Below, in pieces: positions 38,317 through 48,691 of a stretch of 64,000 nucleotides of DNA; the first letter of the stretch is position 1; each line of letters opens with the position of its first letter. The DNA is from an uncultured Phycisphaerales bacterium (GTDB taxonomy: Bacteria > Planctomycetota > Phycisphaerae > Tepidisphaerales > Tepidisphaeraceae): NCBI GenBank assembly GCA_963758525.1, contig CAVWVQ010000003.1, positions 3,584,001 through 3,648,000 on the forward strand. The letters run 5' to 3'. Under the pieces are notes generated by a model that was not told the origin of the DNA, did not search any database, and was given only the letters and a program-made list of their open reading frames with translations. The position numbers and the translations under genes are program-made.

Positions 38317-38393
38317 GCATTGGATTTGAAAGCGTGGCTCCGCGCGGAGCATCAGTTTGATCAGGCGGCCCTCGCCGGCAATGGGTTTGCACT

Positions 38394-40109
38394 ATGTCTT
38401 TAACCAGCACGCTCTACACGGGACTCTCCGGGCTGAACGTCAATCAGACGCAGCTCAACGTCGTCGGCAATAACATCGCCAATGCCAACACCGTTGGTTT
38501 CAAGGCGAGCCGCGCCTTGTTCAAGTCGCAGTTTTACGTGACGACGGCGGCGGGAACCGCGCCCACGTCAGATGATGGCGGAAGCAACCCGAGCCAGTTG
38601 GGGTTGGGCGCGCAGGTATCCTCGATCGAAGAGGATTACAGCGCCGGGACAATCGAACCGACCGGGGTGAACACTGACATGGCTGTCGACGGCGACGGAT
38701 TTTTCGTGGTCAAGACCAGCGGCGGTCAGCAATATACGCGCGATGGGTCCTTTACGCTGAACTCCGCGGATCAATTGGTGAACACCAGCGGCGGTTTTGT
38801 GCAGGGGTTTGGAGTCGACGCCGAAAATAATATCATACCAGGCCAGCTCCAGAACGTCACGGTTCCGCTTGGCGCCACCACGACCGCCAAAGCGACCACG
38901 TCGGTCAAGCTCCAGGGAAATCTCAACGCCGCGGGCGACGTCGCCACCGGGCAAAGCATTTTAAACAGCCAGCCGATCACCACCGTCGGGGGCCTTGCGG
39001 TGCCGACGGGCACCACGCTGCTGACAAGCCTTGCATCGCAATCCGCACCCGGAACTGCTCTGATCGCCGTCGGCGACGTCTATACGCTGAAGGGGCAAAA
39101 AGACGGACGCGACCAGACGCCGCAGACCTTCACCGTGACCGCGACCAGCACCGTTAACGATCTGACCACGTTCTACAATCAGGGCCTGGGTATAGACACA
39201 ACGGTTGGCGGAACTCCGCCGCCCGGTGCAACCATCGAAACCAGCACGACCACGCCCACCGCCGCCAATCTGGTGATTACCGGCAACCTGGGAACCCAAA
39301 ACTCTCTCTCGCTGGCGGGATCGGACTTTATCAGCCAGGCGGGCAATACTCCGTTTACGTTCGTCGACGGGACCGACAACGCGGGCTTCACCAGCAATCC
39401 CAACGGCGAGAGCGTGCACACCACGTTCACCGCGTTTGACTCGCTGGGAAATCCCGTCAATGTCGACGTGACCGCCGTGCTTCAATCGAAAGCCGACACC
39501 GGCAACACCTGGCAATTTTATGCAACGTCCGGCGACAACAAGGGCGGCGCCGGCACGGTGCTCGGTGACGGCACGCTGACCTTCGACGGCAGCGGCGCGC
39601 TGAAGACGGTGACGGGCAACACGATCAACATCGATCGCACGGGGACGGGCGCTACCACGCCACTAACACTGACCATGGACTTCAGCGGAGTCTCGCAACT
39701 CGCCGGCACCAACTCCGATCTGGTCATGAGCCAGCAGGACGGCTCGGGAATCGGCTCGCTGCAAACCTTTTCCGTTGGCAACGATGGAACCATCGTCGGC
39801 TCCTATTCCAACGGGTTGACCAAGACGCTGGGGCAGGTCGCACTTGCGACATTCAAGAATAATGACGGTCTGATCGACAACGGAGGCAACACCTATTCGC
39901 AATCCGCCAACAGCGGAGTCGCGATTGTCTCCGCTCCCCAGGCGTTGGGCGCCGGGGCTGTTCGATCGGGCGCACTGGAATTGAGCAACGTCGATCTTTC
40001 CAAGGAGTTTACGAATCTGATCGTCGCGTCCACCGGCTATTCCGCCGCCAGCAAGGTCATCACCACCAGCGACCAACTGTTGACGGATCTGCTGAACACG
40101 ACGCGGTAG
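38394..40109 (+). CDS. flgE: Flagellar hook protein FlgE
   Basis: VVGNNIANANTVGFK, GDGFF, YTRDGSF and GALELSNVDLSKEFTNLI motifs. Confidence 0.96.
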   Translation: MSLTSTLYTGLSGLNVNQTQLNVVGNNIANANTVGFKASRALFKSQFYVTTAAGTAPTSDDGGSNPSQLGLGAQVSSIEEDYSAGTIEPTGVNTDMAVDGDGFFVVKTSGGQQYTRDGSFTLNSADQLVNTSGGFVQGFGVDAENNIIPGQLQNVTVPLGATTTAKATTSVKLQGNLNAAGDVATGQSILNSQPITTVGGLAVPTGTTLLTSLASQSAPGTALIAVGDVYTLKGQKDGRDQTPQTFTVTATSTVNDLTTFYNQGLGIDTTVGGTPPPGATIETSTTTPTAANLVITGNLGTQNSLSLAGSDFISQAGNTPFTFVDGTDNAGFTSNPNGESVHTTFTAFDSLGNPVNVDVTAVLQSKADTGNTWQFYATSGDNKGGAGTVLGDGTLTFDGSGALKTVTGNTINIDRTGTGATTPLTLTMDFSGVSQLAGTNSDLVMSQQDGSGIGSLQTFSVGNDGTIVGSYSNGLTKTLGQVALATFKNNDGLIDNGGNTYSQSANSGVAIVSAPQALGAGAVRSGALELSNVDLSKEFTNLIVASTGYSAASKVITTSDQLLTDLLNTTR

Positions 40110-40185
40110 GCGATCGAACAATACAGCGGGTCGCGCCCAACACCGGCGCGGCCGATCGCACCGGGCGGAGCCCGGACGAATGATA

Positions 40186-40233
40186 GCCCCTCGCGGCAGG
40201 GTGTTTATTCTGCTGTCGCGGGGGGCATTTTTT
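40186..40233 (+). terminator. Putative intrinsic terminator after flgE
   Basis: GCCCCTCGCGGCAG...CTGC(TGT)CGCGGGGGGC followed by ATTTTTT. Confidence 0.5.
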
Positions 40234-40354
40234 ATACGGGGTTGTCGCAGCGGACGATGCCCTTCGGAAACGATCTTGGCTGCTGCCCGCAGGGCAGCTT
40301 ACTGTTCGCCCCAGCGCCTCTTCGCGCGGGTTTCACTCAGACGGCGGAGCCGGC

Positions 40355-40549
40355 ATGATCCTTCTCACACGCCTCAACGGTCAGCAGTTTGTCATCAACG
40401 CGGAAAAAATCCGCTACATCGAGTCCACGCCAGATACCATCGTCTGCTGCGACACCGGCGACAAAGTGATGGTAAAGGAGACGTTGCAGGAGGTCACCCG
40501 AAGGGCAATCGATTACGCCAGGGTCATTCGGCGGCCGATCACGGACTGA
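40355..40549 (+). CDS. flbD: Flagellar FlbD family protein
   Basis: MILLTRLNG...INAEKIRYIESTPDT...VKET. Confidence 0.92.
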   Translation: MILLTRLNGQQFVINAEKIRYIESTPDTIVCCDTGDKVMVKETLQEVTRRAIDYARVIRRPITD

Positions 40550-40577
40550 GCTGGAGGTTGGGGCTCAGAGCCTGGCG

Positions 40578-41201
40578 TCATGGAAGGGTATCGCGCACGG
40601 CGATCCCGCCCACTTCTTCACCACCAATTAGCACGGGAAGCAATTCGTCCTGGCCGAATGGTTCAATGGACGCGTATTCGGGCTGCTCGGCTGGTCCGCT
40701 GGGTCGCGTGCAGATTTCAACGCGGCCTGCGGTGACGTCCACAATCCAATAGACCGAAACCCCGGCACGCGCATAGATGCGGCGCTTGATGCCCCTGTCG
40801 CGGCTGAGGCTGGAATCGGCAATTTCCAGCACCATCGCAAGCTGCTCCGGCCCGGGATGGCGATCAATATAATCACGCGGCTGACCGTGAACCACGGATA
40901 CATCAGGCTCCGGCTCGCTGGTGTCAGTCGTCACCGGCTCCTGAGTCCTAACATACCATCCGGTCGGGACGACGGACCGGAGCGCGGCGGCGGCAAGTTC
41001 AGTTGCCACGCAATGGGGTGGGTTTTTCGACATTTTTGGCACCAGCCAGCCTTCAAGTAGTTCGACCCGATCATCTTTGGTCAGGATGCCCGACCGAATC
41101 ATTTCATGATATTGGCCGACGCTGAGGCGCAAGATCGGATCGGTGGGCACGGTTAAGTCGTGCCCTCGACTCTCCGAGGGAGGATGGATAGCAGTTGACA
41201 T
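40578..41201 (-). CDS. Uma2-family putative endonuclease (DUF820)
   Basis: RVELLEG, SEPEPDVSV, LEIADSSL.RDRGIKRRIYARAG and YWIVD motifs. Confidence 0.9.
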   Translation of the reverse strand: MSTAIHPPSESRGHDLTVPTDPILRLSVGQYHEMIRSGILTKDDRVELLEGWLVPKMSKNPPHCVATELAAAALRSVVPTGWYVRTQEPVTTDTSEPEPDVSVVHGQPRDYIDRHPGPEQLAMVLEIADSSLSRDRGIKRRIYARAGVSVYWIVDVTAGRVEICTRPSGPAEQPEYASIEPFGQDELLPVLIGGEEVGGIAVRDTLP

Positions 41202-41415
41202 CTCATTCTCCTTAGAGGCCAGCTAGCTTGCCCTTAGTTATTCTATGCGGGAATACCTTCAACTCATACCGCGTGCCGAGCCTCTGTCCTTTAACATCCG
41301 CCCTTGCATTTTCCTGAACCCTGAACCCCCAGCCCGTCTTTGCCGATATCTCCAATAGCCCGTCCGCCCTGTCCGCGCAATATCGGACCTGTCGGCACGT
41401 ACCGGGCCGGGACAC

Positions 41416-42020
41416 ATGCCTGAAAAAACGGAAAAGAAGAACGAAGCCGCTGCCCCAGCGGAGAAGGGGAAGGAAGCCGCGCACACCGAGAAGAAGGGGG
41501 GCGGCGGATTTCTGACCACGGTGCCGGTCATGCTCGGGGGCGTGATGATGCTTGAGGCGGCGGTTCTCTTTGCCGGTTTCAAATTTCTGGGGGGGCGCCC
41601 AAGACAGTGGTGGGGGCGGAACTGGTCAATCCTGACAAGCCCGGCGAAGGGAAAGACGGCGTAAAGTCCGATTCGCCCACCGATGCAAACAAGGCTTGTG
41701 AACTTGAAGTGGTCGATTTTCGCTCGCCGAACAAGATCAGCGGCCGGGAATATCTCTATGACGTCAGCATCTACGTTGTGACAAAGTTCTCTCACCAGGA
41801 CAAGGTGAAGAGCATTATTGCTGACCGCGAGGCCTTGATTAAAGATCGGATACGCACCATCATAGCGCAGAGCGATCCGGAAAAACTGGGAGGCGGCTCC
41901 GAACCTGGGCTGGAGACGTTTCGTAGGCAAGTCAAGTACCAGCTCGATGAGATCGTCGGTGATGGGCTGATCGACGATGTCTTGGTTCCGAAGTGCATTC
42001 CCATGCGGGCTGACTTCTGA
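41416..42020 (+). CDS. fliL: Flagellar basal-body-associated protein FliL (frameshift in the G run near 41590)
   Basis: Charged N-terminus, KKGGG plus TM helix, then IKDRIRTII...EPGLETFRRQVK; lies before fliN. Confidence 0.7.
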
Positions 42021-42082
42021 GTCTGGCCCGCATGAAGCTCCGATCTGGAAGATCGGTTACGAATCGCCAAGGATGGTGAATC

Positions 42083-42610
42083 ATGCCAGAAGACCAGCCG
42101 GTCGATCCGGCGTCTCAATCCGCTCCGCAGGATATTACTCCCGTCGCTACCGCTGACGACATCGCGGCACAGTCCGCCGATTTCCCCGCCTCGATCGACA
42201 CGCTGGATGCCGCTTCAATCGAAGAGCTTCTCAAAGCCGCCAATTTTGAAGATCCCGCGGCAGTTCACGCGCAGGCCAGCGCCGATGATCGTCCGACGCC
42301 GGCAGGCGAAGAATTCAAGCTTCCCAATCTGACGCAGGTGCTTCAGGATGCGCAGGTTTCCAGCATCGAGCTGTTGCGCGATGTCGAGTTGAACGTGAAG
42401 ATCGAGCTTGGACGAGCGCGCATGCTCGTGGAAGACGTCCTGAAGTTGTGCGAGGGATCGGTGGTCGAATTGGACAAACTGGCGGGGGATCCGGTGGATG
42501 TATTCGTCAACGACCGTCTGGTCGCCCGCGGCGAAGTGCTGGTGCTGAACGACAACTTCTGCGTACGCGTCAACGAAATTATCGCCGGTGTGAAGGACGA
42601 AGGGCAGTGA
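42083..42610 (+). CDS. fliN: Flagellar motor switch protein FliN
   Basis: [30 protein letters not shown] and [16 protein letters not shown] motifs. Confidence 0.95.
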   Translation: MPEDQPVDPASQSAPQDITPVATADDIAAQSADFPASIDTLDAASIEELLKAANFEDPAAVHAQASADDRPTPAGEEFKLPNLTQVLQDAQVSSIELLRDVELNVKIELGRARMLVEDVLKLCEGSVVELDKLAGDPVDVFVNDRLVARGEVLVLNDNFCVRVNEIIAGVKDEGQ

Positions 42611-43368
42611 TTTTCCCGCACCGCTCAATTCGATGTCGGACGCTGCCGCGATGCGTGCATGCAATTTTGCCGGTCGTGATCTGTTGCAGCTTTCTGCCAT
42701 TGATTGCACGCGCGGCTTCGGGAGAGCCGGCCGCCAACAGTCCGCTGGTTGCCGACCCACCGCCGCCCCCCTCCCCCCGTATCACCGACACCTTCGATAA
42801 GCAGCCGATCCGTCGGGAAGATGCACCGTCGCACGGTGACCGCCAAGCGAGCGCAGCCGACACGACATCGTCAGCCCTCGAACTGCCCCGGCTGCTGGCG
42901 GCAATGGCGTTGGTCGTCGGATTGATCTTCATGTTGCGCTGGTTCGGCCGGCGGTTTTTCGGCGCGACGCCGGTCGCGGGTGGAACGCGAGCCGTCCAGG
43001 TGCTCTCGCGATCCCTGGTCGCGCCGCGGCAGAGCGTGATGTTGATGCAGATCGGACGACGGCTTTTGGTAATCGCTGACAATGGTTCTCAGCTTGCGCC
43101 GCTCAGCGAGATTACCGATCCTGACGAAGTGGCGTCGCTTGTCGGCCAATTGCGCGGTGAAAAGCTGGATATTGCAGGGAGAACGTTTGGAGCGCTGTTC
43201 GGACGGCTGAAGAAGGATGAAGCCATCGATCCGCCGCCCGCTGACGGAGCGGTTTCCACCAGTGAGTCGGCGATGGCGGATCAGCCGGACGTGTCGAACG
43301 CCCGCGCGGAGTTGAGCGGTTTGATGGAACAGGTGCGTTTGGCCTCAAGCCAATTCAGCCGGACGTAG
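42607..43368 (+). CDS. fliO: Flagellar biosynthesis protein FliO
   Basis: [15 protein letters not shown], then [27 protein letters not shown]; lies between fliN and fliP; start uncertain. Confidence 0.82.
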   Translation: MIFPHRSIRCRTLPRCVHAILPVVICCSFLPLIARAASGEPAANSPLVADPPPPPSPRITDTFDKQPIRREDAPSHGDRQASAADTTSSALELPRLLAAMALVVGLIFMLRWFGRRFFGATPVAGGTRAVQVLSRSLVAPRQSVMLMQIGRRLLVIADNGSQLAPLSEITDPDEVASLVGQLRGEKLDIAGRTFGALFGRLKKDEAIDPPPADGAVSTSESAMADQPDVSNARAELSGLMEQVRLASSQFSRT

Positions 43369-43404
43369 GACGCGTCCGCAGAGAAGTCGGCAGCAATTGG
43401 GCCG

Positions 43405-44268
43405 GTGTTGAGAAAGGATGCTCGCGTGAGCCCGCGGATGGTTTTTGTTGCGATGATGGGTCTCCTGGCCCTCATTCCGCTTCGTTCGGCGCGCGCCGAC
43501 GATAAATTTTCCGCGCCCACCGCCCCCTCTGTCGCTACCACTCCCAACAATGCTGCTTCCGATGCGCCTTCTCCGGGCACGAGTCCGCTGAACCCTCCGA
43601 TACAGCTTCCCGACCTGGGCAAGCGCGAAAATCTCTCCTCTGCAATGCAGATCATCATGCTGCTCACGGTGCTGTCGCTGGCGCCGGCCATTCTCATCAT
43701 GATGACCAGCTTTACGCGGATGATCATTGTCCTTTCGCTGCTGCGTCAGGCATTGGGCACCCAGCAGCTTCCGCCGAATCAAATTCTCATCGGCCTTTCG
43801 CTGTTCATGACGTTTCTGGTCATGCGTCCGACGTGGCAGCAGGTGAACAACGACGCGCTGCGGCCTTATATGAGCGGGAACATCGATCAGCAGACGGCGC
43901 TCTCCAACGCGCAGGTTCCCCTTCGCCAGTTCATGATCGGGCAAATCCGCAAAAGCGGAAATGACAAGGACGTTTTTCTCTTCGCCGATTTCGCTCACGA
44001 AAAGGTGACCAACTGGGGGGACGTGAGCACCCTGACGCTGATCCCGGCTTATATCCTCAGCGAACTGAAGACGGCTTTTCTTCTGGGTTTCAAGGTCTAT
44101 CTGCCGTTCTTAATTATCGACATGGTGATCTCGACCGTTTTGATCAGCATGGGAATGATGATGCTGCCGCCGGTCTTGATTTCCATGCCATTTAAGCTGC
44201 TGTTATTCGTTCTTGTCGACGGATGGCGCTTGATTACTGCGGGTCTGATGGGTAGCTTCATAGCCTGA
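43405..44268 (+). CDS. fliP: Flagellar export gate protein FliP (start may be 43438)
   Basis: [36 protein letters not shown] and LFVLVDGW motifs. Confidence 0.97.
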   Translation: MLRKDARVSPRMVFVAMMGLLALIPLRSARADDKFSAPTAPSVATTPNNAASDAPSPGTSPLNPPIQLPDLGKRENLSSAMQIIMLLTVLSLAPAILIMMTSFTRMIIVLSLLRQALGTQQLPPNQILIGLSLFMTFLVMRPTWQQVNNDALRPYMSGNIDQQTALSNAQVPLRQFMIGQIRKSGNDKDVFLFADFAHEKVTNWGDVSTLTLIPAYILSELKTAFLLGFKVYLPFLIIDMVISTVLISMGMMMLPPVLISMPFKLLLFVLVDGWRLITAGLMGSFIA

Positions 44269-44389
44269 TCGAAATGCCGCTCGCGTTATCCGCATGGATG
44301 CGGCAATTGCGGGCGTGGGACAATCAACTCGCTCGCCGCGGCGCGAATCCTCATCGCTCCGAGGCAACACTCAAGGAAGGGTGTGCCGG

Positions 44390-44647
44390 ATGAATCTCGA
44401 TACTGCCACGCAAATCGTTCGCCAGACGCTGGTGCTCGCGATGGTCGTCTCCGCGCCGATGCTCATCATCGGCCTGGTGGTTGGCATCGTCATTTCTCTC
44501 CTGCAGGCCATCACTCAAATTCAGGAGCAGACGCTCACGTTCATCCCCAAGATCGTTTCGATGATCGCAGCGGCCATCGTGCTGATGCCCTGGATCGGGC
44601 ATCGCCTTCTTGAGTACACGACGATGATGTTTCAACTTTCGTACTGA
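44390..44647 (+). CDS. fliQ: Flagellar export protein FliQ
   Basis: LQAITQIQEQTLTFIPK motif. Confidence 0.96.
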   Translation: MNLDTATQIVRQTLVLAMVVSAPMLIIGLVVGIVISLLQAITQIQEQTLTFIPKIVSMIAAAIVLMPWIGHRLLEYTTMMFQLSY

Positions 44648-44676
44648 ACCGACGGTCGTCTTCGGAACGTGGGCGC

Positions 44677-45440
44677 ATGCTTTCCGCAGCACTGAAATTC
44701 GTCCCGGTCTTCCTGCTGGTCTTCTTCCGCCTCGCGGGAATGGCTCTGTTTGCGCCCTGTTTGGCAGGCGCAGATTCCCAAGCGCGTCCGGCTCATGCTC
44801 ATTCTGGTAATCGCACTGGGAATGGTCGGAAGCGTCAAGCCGCCGCTGCGGCTCCCGGACAATACGTGGGACACCGCCATCGCCATTGCCGGGGAAATGT
44901 TCTTCGGCCTGGCGATGGGGATGATCATGAGCTTTATCTTCGTCGCCTGTCAGTGGGCCGGGGAAATCATCGGTCAGCAGATGGGATTCAATCTTGGGGA
45001 GATCGTTGACCCCGCATACGGCGCAAGCGTCCGTCGTTGGCGATCTCTACTTCATGCTGACGCTGGTGATCTTTCTGGCCGTTGGCGGGCATCGCTCGAT
45101 GTTGCAGGGCGTGCATGACAGCTTCGAGAAGCTGCCGCTTCTGTCGCTGGGCATCAACGAGTCGCTGCTGCATTTGCTGGCCGGCTTGCTCGAAGGGGCG
45201 ACGATCCTGGCCGTGCGAATGGCTGCCCCGATGCTCATCACCATGCTCGTCGTCGACTTGGTTTTAGGACTCATCGGGAAAACGGTCCCGCAGATGAACG
45301 TGATGGCGGCCGGGCTGAGCCTGCGATCGGGCGTCGGAATGCTCGTGATCATCGTCGGGCTTGCCCTCACGACCCGCGTGATGCGCGAATCAGTCGTGCA
45401 GTCGATGCAAACCGTGTGGGACGGCTGGACGACTCAATAG
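44677..45440 (+). CDS. fliR: Flagellar export protein FliR (two frameshifts near 44757 and 45025)
   Basis: FLLVFFRLAG, AGEIIGQQMGF and GLIGKTVPQMNV across three frames. Confidence 0.9.
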
Positions 45441-45455
45441 AGAGCTGCAGAGAAC

Positions 45456-46544
45456 ATGGCAGAAGAATTCGGGGAAAAAACCGAAGCCCCCACGCCGCGG
45501 CGGCGCACCGAGGCCCGCGAGCAGGGAAACATTCCCCGCTCACAGGACCTGACGTCGGCGGTGCTGCTGCTCGCTTCGCTGCTCCTGCTGGGCGCGTGCG
45601 GGCCGCGGATGATGATGGCGCTGCGGGTGCTGGTGGGCGAGATGCTCGGGACCGCGTCAATGGCGGATTCTTCGCTCGAAGGCGCAACGCGCGGAACGCT
45701 TCGGGCGTTTATCCTCATATCCGAGGCGCTGGCCCCTTTTCTTGGAGGAATTGCGTTCGCGGCAATCGTCGCCAATGTCGGGCAGGTCGGATTTGTCTTC
45801 AGTGCCCAACGCCTCACGCCGAATCTCGCCGCCCTGAATCCATTCGGCGGCTTCGGCCGGATCTTCTCGGGAGGACGCGGATGGATGCGCCTTCTTCTCG
45901 ACACACTGAAAATATTCCTGCTCGGCGCGGTCGGCTATTCCGCCGTGCACGGGCGGTTGATCCAGATCATCAATTCCCAGCAACTCGAGTTCGTGCAGAT
46001 CTTCCTGCTGGGCGCGCAGGTGGTCTACTCCATCGGCTTGCGCATTGGCATCACGCTGCTGATCCTGGCCATCATCGACTATGCCTATCAGCGTTACCGC
46101 ATCGAGCACGAGCTGATGATGAGCAAGCAGGAGGTGAAGGAGGAGATGCGGCGGATGGAAGGGGATCCGAAGATCAAGATGCGCCGCCGTCAGCTTGGAA
46201 TGCAGGCCGCCGCCCAACGGCTCAAGAAGGACGTTCCAACGGCCGACGTGGTGGTGACCAATCCGACCGAATACGCAATCGCGCTGAAATACGACCCGGA
46301 GACGATGAACGCTCCCAAAGTCATCGCCAAGGGGCGCGATTTGATGGCGCAGCGCATCCGTGAGCTGGCGATCGAAAACGGCATTCCGATTTTGGAGCGC
46401 AAGCCGCTCGCCCGCGCGCTCTTCAAGCTCGTCGACGTCGGCCACGAGATTCCTGAGCAATTTTATTCAGCCGTCGCGGAAATCCTGGCGTATGTCTACG
46501 ACCTGGGCGGCAAGATCAAACTCAAACGAGCCATAACGACCTGA
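45456..46544 (+). CDS. flhB: Flagellar export switch protein FlhB
   Basis: EKTEAPTPRR, EGDPKIK and VVVTNPTE (NPT autocleavage site) motifs. Confidence 0.97.
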   Translation: MAEEFGEKTEAPTPRRRTEAREQGNIPRSQDLTSAVLLLASLLLLGACGPRMMMALRVLVGEMLGTASMADSSLEGATRGTLRAFILISEALAPFLGGIAFAAIVANVGQVGFVFSAQRLTPNLAALNPFGGFGRIFSGGRGWMRLLLDTLKIFLLGAVGYSAVHGRLIQIINSQQLEFVQIFLLGAQVVYSIGLRIGITLLILAIIDYAYQRYRIEHELMMSKQEVKEEMRRMEGDPKIKMRRRQLGMQAAAQRLKKDVPTADVVVTNPTEYAIALKYDPETMNAPKVIAKGRDLMAQRIRELAIENGIPILERKPLARALFKLVDVGHEIPEQFYSAVAEILAYVYDLGGKIKLKRAITT

Positions 46545-46560
46545 TCCTGGCGCAAGACCC

Positions 46561-48657
46561 ATGAGTACGCTGGCAGCCAATCCGATTTTCACCAAGCTTC
46601 ACGAGAACCGTGGGATGATCTTCCCCATGGGATTCATCAGCCTGCTGCTGGTGATTCTGATTCCGCTGCCGCAGTTCATGCTCGATCTTCTGCTGGTCAG
46701 CAACATTACGCTCTCGGTCATCGTGCTCGTCACCACGATTTACGTGCAAAGCCCGCTCGATTTCGCGATTTTCCCGTCGCTTCTCCTGTCGATCACGCTC
46801 TTCCGCCTCGTGCTCAACGTGGCGACGACCCGGCTGATTCTCACCGCCTCGGGCGATCCGCAGACGGCGCTCCACGCCGCCGGCGAAGTCGTTCTCACCT
46901 TCAGCCAGTTTGTCACCAAAGGGTCGCTGGCCGTGGGAATCATCATCTTCATCATCATTTTCATCATTCAGTTCGTCGTGATCACCAAGGGCGGCGGGCG
47001 CATCTCGGAAGTCGCCGCCAGGTTCACCCTCGATGCGATGCCCGGCAAGCAAATGGCAATCGACGCGGACTTGAACGCCGGCAATATTAACGAGGCCCAG
47101 GCCCGCGAGCGGCGCGAGTCCATTTCCCGCGAGGCGGATTTCTACGGTGCCATGGACGGTGCCAGCCGGTTTGTCCGCGGCGACGCCATCGCGGGGATCA
47201 TCATCACCTGCGTGAACGTGGTGGGCGGCCTCTACGTCGGCATGGTCGAGCACAACTGGGGGCTGATGGACTGTCTTCAGCTCTATACCAAGCTGACCAT
47301 CGGCGACGGCCTGGTCAGCCAGTTGCCGGCGTTCATCGTTTCGCTGGGGGCCGGCCTGATCGTCACCCGTTCGAGCACCAAGAAGAATCTCGGCGACGAG
47401 ATGCTCAATCAGCTCTTCTCCAAGCCCAAGGCGCTGATCGTCGCTGCCATGTTTCTCCTGCTGCTGGCGCTCACCGGCCTTCCCAAGGGGCCGCTTTTTG
47501 TGCTCGGCTCCTGCTGCAGCGGGCTGGCCTGGACGATTACCAAGAACGACAAACGCGTTGCGAAGGTCGCCGCGGCAAAAGAGCGGGAGAAAATCGGGAA
47601 GAAAGAGCCGGAAAAAGTCGAGAAGCTGCTCGATCTGGACGCGATGGAACTGGAAGTCGGCTACGGGCTGGTCCGGCTGGTGGATGCCGCCAAAGGCGGG
47701 GATCTGCTCGACCGCGTCAGCATGATCCGCCGGCAGATCGCGACGGATCTTGGCATCATCGTCCCGCCGGTCCGTATCCGCGACAACATGCAGATCGGCG
47801 CCAACGACTACGTCGTCAAGCTCCGCGGCCAGCCGATCGCGCGCGGCGTCGCGTATCCGGATCAGTTTCTCGCCATGGATAATGGCGCCGCCTCCGGCCC
47901 GATTCGCGGCGGGACGCTGACGACCGAGCCGGCGTTTGGTCTGCCGGCCTATTGGATTACCGAGTCAGAGCGAGCGCATGCGGAGTTGCTCAATTACACC
48001 GTCGTCGAAGCGACCGCGGTCCTGGCAACGCATCTCACCGAGGTCATCAAGGGGCACGCCCATGAGCTGCTGACCCGTCAGGAATTAAAGAACCTCGTCG
48101 ACAATCTCAAGACGCGCTTCCCGGCGCTGGTCGAAGAAGTGTTGCCGGCACAGGTGAAGCCCGGCGAGCTGCAGAAGGTGATGCAAAATTTGTTGCGCGA
48201 GCGCGTTCCCGTCCGCGACCTGGAGACGATCGTCGAAACGCTTGGCGACTACTCCTCGCGCACGAAGGACATCGAGGTCCTCAGCGAATATGTTCGCAAT
48301 GCGCTGGCCCGCACCATCTGCAAGCAATATGTCGACGAGCGCGATCGCCTTTGGTGTCTCACGCTCGATCCGACGCTGGAAGAATTAATCAACGGTCATC
48401 TGGAGCGTTCGGAGCGCGGCACGACCAACACGATGCCGCCGCAGACGGCGCAGCAGATCACCAAGCAGATATCGGCAAAGATGAACGAGCTGACACAGGC
48501 CGGGCGGAACGCGGTGCTGCTTTGCACCCCGCAGATTCGTCTTGCCGTGCGGCGAATGATCGAGACGGCGCTGCCGCAGGTGGCAGTGCTTGCTTACAAC
48601 GAGCTGGCATCCGACGTTTCTGTCGAGGCGATCGGACTCGTCGGTTTGAACGGATGA
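46561..48657 (+). CDS. flhA: Flagellar export protein FlhA
   Basis: EVAARFTLDAMPGKQMAIDADL and FYGAMDGASRFVRGDA motifs. Confidence 0.98.
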   Translation: MSTLAANPIFTKLHENRGMIFPMGFISLLLVILIPLPQFMLDLLLVSNITLSVIVLVTTIYVQSPLDFAIFPSLLLSITLFRLVLNVATTRLILTASGDPQTALHAAGEVVLTFSQFVTKGSLAVGIIIFIIIFIIQFVVITKGGGRISEVAARFTLDAMPGKQMAIDADLNAGNINEAQARERRESISREADFYGAMDGASRFVRGDAIAGIIITCVNVVGGLYVGMVEHNWGLMDCLQLYTKLTIGDGLVSQLPAFIVSLGAGLIVTRSSTKKNLGDEMLNQLFSKPKALIVAAMFLLLLALTGLPKGPLFVLGSCCSGLAWTITKNDKRVAKVAAAKEREKIGKKEPEKVEKLLDLDAMELEVGYGLVRLVDAAKGGDLLDRVSMIRRQIATDLGIIVPPVRIRDNMQIGANDYVVKLRGQPIARGVAYPDQFLAMDNGAASGPIRGGTLTTEPAFGLPAYWITESERAHAELLNYTVVEATAVLATHLTEVIKGHAHELLTRQELKNLVDNLKTRFPALVEEVLPAQVKPGELQKVMQNLLRERVPVRDLETIVETLGDYSSRTKDIEVLSEYVRNALARTICKQYVDERDRLWCLTLDPTLEELINGHLERSERGTTNTMPPQTAQQITKQISAKMNELTQAGRNAVLLCTPQIRLAVRRMIETALPQVAVLAYNELASDVSVEAIGLVGLNG

Positions 48658-48691
48658 CCGAAAACGCGGACTAAACAACGCGCAGGGATTT

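Noticed and set aside
38376..38391. Sigma54-like CGGCAA-N5-TTGCA before flgE
   Set aside because: It ends 2 nt before the ATG, so transcription would start inside the gene.
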